A stretch of DNA of 14,468 nucleotides from a bacterium. Lineage in GTDB: Bacteria; CALINM01. Both the position numbers and the translations under genes were made by a program. This document shows positions 8,501 through 14,468 of the stretch, piece by piece. The stretch covers positions 1 through 14,468 of the forward strand of contig JBEQAF010000056.1 of assembly GCA_041640455.1 (NCBI GenBank), written 5' to 3'. The notes beneath the pieces were generated by a model. The model was not told the origin of the DNA. It worked only from the letters and a program-made list of their open reading frames with translations, and did no database searches. Position 1 is the first letter of the stretch. Every line of letters starts with the position of its first letter.

Positions 8501-9030
8501 AAAAGCTATTAATAGTTATTTTTATCCTTCTGATTTTAAATGGTATCTCCTTTGCCTGTGTAGGGAAGACCATATATATCGGTCATTTATCAGGCAGAAG
8601 TGATGAGCTTATGGCAAATATCCTATCAAGACTTATCACAGAAAGAACAGGCACATCTGTTAAGCTTAAAAAATACCCAGATATGTCAGCTGTTTTAAAG
8701 GCTGGTCAGAATGGAGAAATTGACATCTTTACCTTAGATGAAAAATCTGCCTTCGAAACTGCTGGCGTTAAATCAAGAGAACAGGCAAAAGAAACCTATA
8801 ATGTTAAGTTCAATCTGGTCTGGCTAAAACCGGTTGTCGAAAAGGATGATTTTCTGGTTCCCGTAATCAGAAAAGATACTCTGAAAAAATTTCCCGCCCT
8901 GCCCAAGCTCCTGGAAAAACTAAATGGTATAATTAACAATGTTCAGCTTGAAGAGATAAGACAGGATGCCGATAAAAGAGGGATGAAGGATGCTATAAAA
9001 GACTTTCTTAAAAAGAAGGGTCTTATATGA
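8491..9030 (+). CDS. Short OpuAC/glycine-betaine-type substrate-binding-like periplasmic protein
   Basis: Signal peptide ending ISFA-CVGKTIYIG. Segments E..ANILSRLITERTG, GEIDI, FNLVWLKP and PVIRKDTLKKFPALPKLLEKLNG.I resemble OpuAC/OsmX-type binding proteins. Only 179 aa. AGGAG RBS at 8479-8483. Confidence 0.68.
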   Translation: MSVKKLLIVIFILLILNGISFACVGKTIYIGHLSGRSDELMANILSRLITERTGTSVKLKKYPDMSAVLKAGQNGEIDIFTLDEKSAFETAGVKSREQAKETYNVKFNLVWLKPVVEKDDFLVPVIRKDTLKKFPALPKLLEKLNGIINNVQLEEIRQDADKRGMKDAIKDFLKKKGLI

Positions 9031-9905
9031 AAAGAAGAGATTTCCTTAAAATTACAGGACTTGTTGCAGCAAGCCTGTCGTTCAAGAAAGACCTATTTGC
9101 AGAGAATAAAAGTCAGATTGCCCTTGCTGAAGGGACTGATTATGAAAAAATTACTAAAAACTGTCTTGATGCATTAGGTGGGATTGGAAAGTTTGTGAAA
9201 AAAGGAGACACGGTAGTTATTAAACCTAACATAGGCTGGGATAGAAAACCTGAAGAGGCAGCAAATACACATCCTCTCGTGGTTAAAGCTATAGCAGAGG
9301 AATGTCTTAAGGCTGGTGCGAGAAAGGTTAAAGTATTTGACAGAACCTGCAATGATCCGAGAAGATGCTATGTAAACAGCGGAATGAGTGAAGTTTTGTC
9401 AAAGATTAAAGGTGTTGAACTTAAATATCTTGATACCGAAAAATTCAGAAAAGTTAAGATTAATGGCTTGTTTATTAAAGACTGGGAGCTTTATGAAGAA
9501 GCCTTAAACTGCGATGTTTATATAAATGTGCCTGTTGCCAAGCATCATGGGTTAACGGGGCTTACTCTGGCGTTAAAAAATATAATGGGGATTATGGGTG
9601 GAAATAGAGGCTATATTCATCGAGAGATTGAAGATGCTTTATGTGATCTTAATATTGCAAGGATACCCCATCTTAATGTTATTGACGCTACAAGGATACT
9701 CTTAAGAAATGGACCTCAGGGGGGTGGTGTTAAGGATGTGAAGGTATTAAACAGAGTTATAGCCTCCACTGATATTGTATTATCCGATGCTCTTGCTACA
9801 ACCTTTTTCAATCTAAAACCTGAAGATCTAAAAACCACCATGAGAGCATACGAGAGAAAGCTTGGGGAGATAAATCTTTCCAGAGCAAGATTGATAAAAG
9901 TCTAA
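9027..9905 (+). CDS. Tat-exported DUF362 family protein
   Basis: Twin-arginine signal MKRRDFLK...LFA. DUF362 motifs LGGIGKFVKKGDTVVIKPN, ANTHP, INVPVAKHH...LTLALKNIMG and D.V..DA. Confidence 0.88.
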   Translation: MKRRDFLKITGLVAASLSFKKDLFAENKSQIALAEGTDYEKITKNCLDALGGIGKFVKKGDTVVIKPNIGWDRKPEEAANTHPLVVKAIAEECLKAGARKVKVFDRTCNDPRRCYVNSGMSEVLSKIKGVELKYLDTEKFRKVKINGLFIKDWELYEEALNCDVYINVPVAKHHGLTGLTLALKNIMGIMGGNRGYIHREIEDALCDLNIARIPHLNVIDATRILLRNGPQGGGVKDVKVLNRVIASTDIVLSDALATTFFNLKPEDLKTTMRAYERKLGEINLSRARLIKV

Positions 9906-9906
9906 G

Positions 9907-11394
9907 ATGAAAATTTCTCCGGCAAGAATATCCCAGCTGATATTTTTTGTTATATTCATCTATCTTTTTATAGTCACCGACTACAGGGGGAAAGATGAGA
10001 TAAATCTTGCCATCAATAGTTTTTTTAGAGCCGATCTGCTGGTTGTAGTAAGCCATTTTCTTTCAACATTTTCTTTTAATATCCTGCTACTGCCTGGCTA
10101 TTTAATGATTCTCACTACTGTATTTCTTGGCAGATTTTTTTGCGGATGGATCTGCCCTCTTGGCTCCTTTCTTGATTTTATAACCATTAGAATAAAAAAA
10201 GTAGCACCGCTTAATTTTCTTAAGGGAAAGCTAAAATACTATATTTTATTTACACTTCTTTTTGCGTCAGTTTTTAATATTAACTTTGCAGGTATTCTGG
10301 ATCCCATCGCAATATTTATAAGATTTCTCACCTTTCTTTTTTATCCCATCTTAGGATATACAGTCAAATCTTCATGGGGATATCTGTATTCTCTGATGGG
10401 AGAGAAGCTGGAGACCATTGAAGGGATCTACAGTTTTATAAAGCTGAATCTTTTGCCTTTCAGAGATACCTTTTATCCGCTGGCGTTTTTATCAGCCCTC
10501 ATGTTTATTTTCATAATCTTCTTAGAAAGATATGAGAAGAGAAACTGGTGCAAAAACCTCTGCCCGCTGGGTACCCTGCTGGGACTTTTTGGCAGGTTTT
10601 CTGTATTTAAAAGGGTTCCCTTAAGGCTCTGTAAGGATTGCAAAGATTGCAAAGATATATGCCCCACAGCCTTTGATGTAGAGATACTGAATGAAGAAAA
10701 CTGTATTCAGTGCATGGATTGTAGGCTAAAATGTAAGTTTAAAAGAGCTGGTTTTAAAATCACAGGATTTAAATGGCAGTTAAAAAATTTTAGTTTTGAT
10801 AAAAGGCTTTTTATTTATTCTTCCCTGAGCGGATTCTTCTTCTCAAAAATATTTAAGGCAGGTCAGCAAAACACTAAATTTTTAAGGCCCCCTGGGGTAG
10901 TGGATGAGAAAGATTTTCTTAAAAAATGTGTTCGTTGTGGTGAGTGTATGAAAATCTGTCTTAAAAATGCCCTTTATCCAGCCTTCATGGAAGGAGGACT
11001 ATACAGTCTTTATACCCCCATTCTGATTCCAAGAAAAGGTTACTGCGAATATAACTGTACCTTGTGCGGTCAGGTATGTCCCACAAAGGCAATCCCCGAA
11101 CTTCCAGTTGAGGTCAAGAAAAAAAAGGTCATAGGCATAGCGCATTTTGATAAAAATCACTGTCTCCCCTATGCAAAGAAAAAAAACTGCATTGTATGCG
11201 AAGAGCACTGTCCTGTACCGGATAAAGCAATTAAGATTAGAGAAAAAACTGAAAAGGATTATAATGGAAAGGATATAATACTTTTAGAGCCCTATGTGGA
11301 TGATAAGCTCTGCATTGGCTGTGGTATCTGTGAATATGTATGCCCTCTGGAAGGGAAGGCAGGTATTGAGGTTTTCAGGGAGGCTGTAAAGTAG
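9907..11394 (+). CDS. Membrane polyferredoxin: NapH/FixG-like membrane domain fused to NapG/MauM-like 4Fe-4S domain
   Basis: GRFFCGWICPLG and WCKNLCPLG (CxxxCP) sit between TM helices. CKDCKDCKDICP and CIQCMDCRLKC follow. Then LRPPG, CVRCGECMKIC, CEYNCTLCGQVCP, HCLPY...CIVCEEHCP and CIGCGICEYVCP. Confidence 0.9.
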   Translation: MKISPARISQLIFFVIFIYLFIVTDYRGKDEINLAINSFFRADLLVVVSHFLSTFSFNILLLPGYLMILTTVFLGRFFCGWICPLGSFLDFITIRIKKVAPLNFLKGKLKYYILFTLLFASVFNINFAGILDPIAIFIRFLTFLFYPILGYTVKSSWGYLYSLMGEKLETIEGIYSFIKLNLLPFRDTFYPLAFLSALMFIFIIFLERYEKRNWCKNLCPLGTLLGLFGRFSVFKRVPLRLCKDCKDCKDICPTAFDVEILNEENCIQCMDCRLKCKFKRAGFKITGFKWQLKNFSFDKRLFIYSSLSGFFFSKIFKAGQQNTKFLRPPGVVDEKDFLKKCVRCGECMKICLKNALYPAFMEGGLYSLYTPILIPRKGYCEYNCTLCGQVCPTKAIPELPVEVKKKKVIGIAHFDKNHCLPYAKKKNCIVCEEHCPVPDKAIKIREKTEKDYNGKDIILLEPYVDDKLCIGCGICEYVCPLEGKAGIEVFREAVK

Positions 11395-11398
11395 GAGG
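11393..11398 (+). promoter_or_regulatory. Shine-Dalgarno sequence (AGGAGG) for def, overlapping the upstream TAG stop
   Basis: tAGGAGGatatATG, with the ATG at 11403. Confidence 0.75.
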
Positions 11399-11402
11399 AT
11401 AT

Positions 11403-11912
11403 ATGTCATTACTAACCATCTTGACCATTCCGGATCCGAGACTGAGAGAGAAGGCAAAGGAGATTACAAAAATTGATGATAACATTAAAAAAATTGCCTA
11501 TGACATGGTTGAGACCATGTATGCCCACAAAGGAGTTGGACTTGCGGCAACTCAGGTGGGGATCCCCATCAGGCTTATTGTAATAGATGTGGATCAGATT
11601 GAGGGAGACCCTAATCCCATCATCTGTATAAATCCTGAGATTATAGAAGGTAAAGAAAAGGTTAAAAATGAAGAGGGATGCTTAAGTATTCCCGGCTACT
11701 CAGCCAGCGTTGAGAGATTTGGCTATGTGAAAGTTAGATTTATGGATTTAGATGGAAACCAGAAAGAGATTGAGGCAACGGAGCTTCTTTCAAGAGCCTT
11801 TCAGCATGAGATAGATCATCTAAACGGCATATTATTCATAGACCATTTAAGCAGGCTCAAAAGAGAGCTGTTTCTTAAAAAACTCAAAAAAACTATGGAA
11901 AAGAGTCTATGA
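11403..11912 (+). CDS. def: Peptide deformylase
   Basis: All three canonical motifs are present: GVGLAATQVG, EGCLS and QHEIDHLNG. Adjacent to fmt. Confidence 0.97.
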   Translation: MSLLTILTIPDPRLREKAKEITKIDDNIKKIAYDMVETMYAHKGVGLAATQVGIPIRLIVIDVDQIEGDPNPIICINPEIIEGKEKVKNEEGCLSIPGYSASVERFGYVKVRFMDLDGNQKEIEATELLSRAFQHEIDHLNGILFIDHLSRLKRELFLKKLKKTMEKSL

Positions 11913-12841
11913 GCCTAAATATTGGTTTTTTTGGCTCCGCTCCCTTTGTTAAAGAGTTTTTAGAAGCGCTGAGCCAGACGGAACATAAAATCAGCTTCAT
12001 AGTCACGAGCCCTGACAAACCTGCAGGTAGAGGCTTAAAGCTAACCCCACCTGATGCAAAGCTTTTTGGTATCCAGCATAATATAAAGGTCTTTCAGCCT
12101 GAAAAGATCAGGGAAAAAGCCATAATTGATGAGCTTAAAAGTTTTAAGTGTGACATTTACGTAGTTATTGCATATGGGAAGATTCTGCCCCAAGAGCTAC
12201 TTTATTCTCCTTCTTTAGGCTCCATAAATCTGCATTTTTCACTGCTGCCCAGATGGAGAGGTGCAGCGCCTGTTCAGTGGGCAGTTATGGCAGGTGATAA
12301 TGTATCGGGCATAACCATTATGAAAATGGATGAAGGGCTTGATACAGGTGATATACTATTTCAGAAAGAGATTCTAATAACCGATGAGGATAGCTCCGAT
12401 ACCCTTTTTGAGAAGATGATTGAAGAAGGTAAACCGTTTCTTGTAGAGGGGCTTACAAAAATAGAAAATGGTCAAGTAGCTCCCCGCAAGCAAGATAATA
12501 GCCAGGCAACCTATGCAAGAGTTTTAAAAAAAGAAGACGGTCTGATAGACTGGTCTCGCAGTGCTATTGAAATACATAACAAAGTTAGAGCTCTGAAAAG
12601 CTGGCCCGGGGCATATACCTTTTTGAATGGCAGGAGGATATTAATACTTAAAACCAGGGTGGTTGAAGGCTCATTCCCTGAGGGTAAAGTTGGCAGTTTT
12701 GATGGAGAAGCTTTTCTGGTGGGCAGTTCAGAAAATCTTGTAAAAGTACTGGAGTTGAAAGAAGAGGGGAAAAAAGCCCTGTCAGCCAGAGAGTTTTTTA
12801 ATGGGAAAAAGGATATTCTGGGCAAAACCCTGGGGAGATAG
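11909..12841 (+). CDS. fmt: Methionyl-tRNA formyltransferase
   Basis: PDKPAGRG, VVIAYGKILP, INLHFSLLPRWRGAAP, MDEGLDTGDI and KEDGLIDW...WPGAY. 310 aa, directly after def. Confidence 0.96.
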   Translation: MSLNIGFFGSAPFVKEFLEALSQTEHKISFIVTSPDKPAGRGLKLTPPDAKLFGIQHNIKVFQPEKIREKAIIDELKSFKCDIYVVIAYGKILPQELLYSPSLGSINLHFSLLPRWRGAAPVQWAVMAGDNVSGITIMKMDEGLDTGDILFQKEILITDEDSSDTLFEKMIEEGKPFLVEGLTKIENGQVAPRKQDNSQATYARVLKKEDGLIDWSRSAIEIHNKVRALKSWPGAYTFLNGRRILILKTRVVEGSFPEGKVGSFDGEAFLVGSSENLVKVLELKEEGKKALSAREFFNGKKDILGKTLGR

Positions 12842-12842
12842 G

Positions 12843-13376
12843 ATGCTTAGAAAGCTTCTTTTGCTGTTTATATACCCCCTGTTAAAAATCTTTTTTCAGC
12901 TCTTTGCTAAAAATAAGGTAGATGCGCTTGAGAGATTTTTTATTGATATAAATAACAGAATTGTTCTAAACTCCATTAAGAAAAGCCCGGAGAAACTACT
13001 TCTTTTAATGCCTCATTGTTTGCAGTTTTCTGAGTGTGAATACAGGGTAACCGGCAAAGATATAAAATGCAGAATGTGTGGAAAATGCGAGATAAAAGAT
13101 CTTATGGAGTTGTCAAAAAGGTATAATGTTAAACTTTCGGTAGCCACGGGCGGCACCATGGCAAGAAATATAGTAAAGGAGATCAGACCGGATATAATAA
13201 TTGCCACAGCCTGCGAAAGAGACCTTATATCTGGCTTGAGAGATACGGTTAATCTACCTGTAGTGGGTGTCTTAAACGAGAGACCCAATGGTCCCTGTGT
13301 GGACACGAGGGTAGATTTATGTAAAATAACAGATCTAATTGATTTCCTTAAGGGGTTAAAGTATGAAAAAAAATAA
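12843..13376 (+). CDS. DUF116 family Cys-rich (putative metal/Fe-S-binding) protein
   Basis: LLLMPHCLQ, C..CGKC.I, VATGGT.AR, ACERDL..G and NERPNGPC.DT. ATG 12843 is preferred over 12801 because it follows GGGGAG (12832-12837) and lies 1 nt after the fmt stop. Confidence 0.85.
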   Translation: MLRKLLLLFIYPLLKIFFQLFAKNKVDALERFFIDINNRIVLNSIKKSPEKLLLLMPHCLQFSECEYRVTGKDIKCRMCGKCEIKDLMELSKRYNVKLSVATGGTMARNIVKEIRPDIIIATACERDLISGLRDTVNLPVVGVLNERPNGPCVDTRVDLCKITDLIDFLKGLKYEKK

Positions 13377-14028
13377 ACTGATGATTGCTCCGTCCTTACT
13401 TTCAGCCGATTTTGGAAGGCTCAAAGAAGAGATAGAGAAGATTGAGAATGCCGGGGCAGATATATTACATCTGGATGTTATGGACGGGCATTTTGTCCCA
13501 AACATAACCTTCGGACCGCCCATGGTAGAAGCAATTAAAAAATATGCAAAAACACCACTGGATGTGCATCTTATGCTAACCAATCCTGAGAATTTTATTA
13601 AATCCTTTGCCGATGCAGGTGCCAGCATGATATCCATACATATTGAGGCAACCAATCATGTTCAGCGGGTTTTAGAAGAGATTAAAAAATATAACATTAA
13701 AGCAGGTATTGCGTTAAACCCTCAAACCTCTCTCGAGAATATTAAATACATAGTCTCATATGCAGATTTTATATTGATTATGACCGTAAACCCTGGATTT
13801 GGAGGACAGAAACTGCTTAAACCAGTTATAAAAAAGATTAGAGATTGCAGAGATCTTTGTGATAGGTACAATCCCGCATGTCAGATAGAGGTAGATGGTG
13901 GCATTGATCTTAGCAACATACAGGAACTATATGGCATGGGAGCAGAGATTATAGTTTCTGGAAACACTATATTTAAAGAAAAAGATTACGGAGTTATAAT
14001 CAACAAGATGAGAGAGCTATGCAGATAG
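13363..14028 (+). CDS. rpe: Ribulose-phosphate 3-epimerase
   Basis: IAPSLLSADF, LHLDVMDGHFVPNITFG, DVHLM, MTVNPGFGGQ and IEVDGGI. Confidence 0.97.
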   Translation: MKKNKLMIAPSLLSADFGRLKEEIEKIENAGADILHLDVMDGHFVPNITFGPPMVEAIKKYAKTPLDVHLMLTNPENFIKSFADAGASMISIHIEATNHVQRVLEEIKKYNIKAGIALNPQTSLENIKYIVSYADFILIMTVNPGFGGQKLLKPVIKKIRDCRDLCDRYNPACQIEVDGGIDLSNIQELYGMGAEIIVSGNTIFKEKDYGVIINKMRELCR

Positions 14029-14468
14029 AGTTTCTGGAACCTTTACAGAAACTATTTCTTGCCTCCACCTTAGGTGGTCTGATAGGATTGGAAAGGCAGA
14101 TTCAGGGGCAGAAAGCAGGGTTTAGAACCCAGCTTATCGTGTGTTTAGGCTCTGCCCTTTTTACCATCTGTTCCCTAAAATTCTATGAAAATTTTGAAAA
14201 TTTATCTGATCCCTCAAGGATGGCTGCACAAATTGTAGTAGGCACTGGTTTTTTAGGAGCAGGTGTAATAATAAAGTATAGAAATTACATAAGGGGGCTT
14301 ACCACTGCAGCAACTCTGTGGGTAGTTAGTGCCGTTGGAGTAGCAGTGGGTATGGGAGAGTATCTTATTGCAATTGTAACCACCCTTATTGTGTTGATAA
14401 ACCTCATGGTGCTGAAAAAGCTTGAGTTTCTGCTCCCTGCAGACAGATATTCGAATATAATAATCACA
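14019..14468 (+). CDS. MgtC/SapB family membrane protein (3'-partial; not in the supplied ORF track)
   Basis: Manual translation from ATG 14019: MQIEFLEPLQKLFLASTLGGLIGLERQIQGQKAGFRTQLIVCLGSALF...DPSRMAAQIVVGTGFLGAGVI...IRGLTTAATLWVVSAVGVAVG. The frame is open to the window end. Confidence 0.92.
   Translation, partial: MQIEFLEPLQKLFLASTLGGLIGLERQIQGQKAGFRTQLIVCLGSALFTICSLKFYENFENLSDPSRMAAQIVVGTGFLGAGVIIKYRNYIRGLTTAATLWVVSAVGVAVGMGEYLIAIVTTLIVLINLMVLKKLEFLLPADRYSNIIIT

Noticed and set aside
10630..10662. 9-bp tandem repeat (aaggattgc aaagattgc aaagat)
   Set aside because: It simply encodes CKDCKDCKD of a CxxCxxCxxxCP ferredoxin motif.
4330..11190. A/T homopolymer runs of about 8-9 nt as phase-variation sites
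   Set aside because: These are common in AT-rich DNA encoding Lys/Phe runs, and all affected frames are intact.
5356..11912. TGA stops as selenocysteine codons
   Set aside because: Each TGA is part of an ATGA start/stop overlap at a natural protein end.
11392..14028. Genome-wide TAG reassignment (alternative genetic code)
   Set aside because: TAG terminates the polyferredoxin, fmt and rpe genes at their expected lengths, next to the following start codons. Only one internal TAG occurs in the window.
1..14467. All minus-strand ORFs in the track (e.g. 1..282, 6290..6775, 12511..12825, 13356..13655, 14285..14467) and the + strand ORF 1989..2225
   Set aside because: They are short, lie entirely over well-supported + strand genes and show no recognisable motifs, so they are shadow ORFs.
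1..14468. tRNA, rRNA, CRISPR array, IS element or prophage
   Set aside because: There is no intergenic space, spaced direct repeats, terminal inverted repeats or mobile-element proteins.

Overview
AT-rich, gene-dense bacterial window with 15 genes, all on the + strand. Adjacent genes overlap or are separated by at most 8 nt, so the window looks like one translationally coupled run. The first ~11.4 kb is an uncharacterised envelope/redox cluster. It contains a PQQ/BamB-like beta-propeller (5'-truncated), a membrane-embedded spermidine-synthase-like SAM-binding protein, three paralogous exported proteins built from carboxypeptidase-regulatory-like domains, two exported right-handed beta-helix proteins, a short orphan OpuAC-like binding protein, a Tat-exported DUF362 protein and a NapH+NapG-like membrane polyferredoxin. 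This cluster runs straight into def-fmt-DUF116-rpe and an MgtC/SapB-family gene (3'-truncated, absent from the ORF track). The most striking detail is that the third carboxypeptidase-domain paralog really starts at ATG 6651 with a signal peptide and carries a single in-frame TAG at 6822-6824. That TAG may be amber read-through/pyrrolysine, a recent nonsense mutation or a sequencing error. I found no RNA genes, CRISPR arrays or mobile elements. Family assignments come from motif recognition by eye, not database searches.
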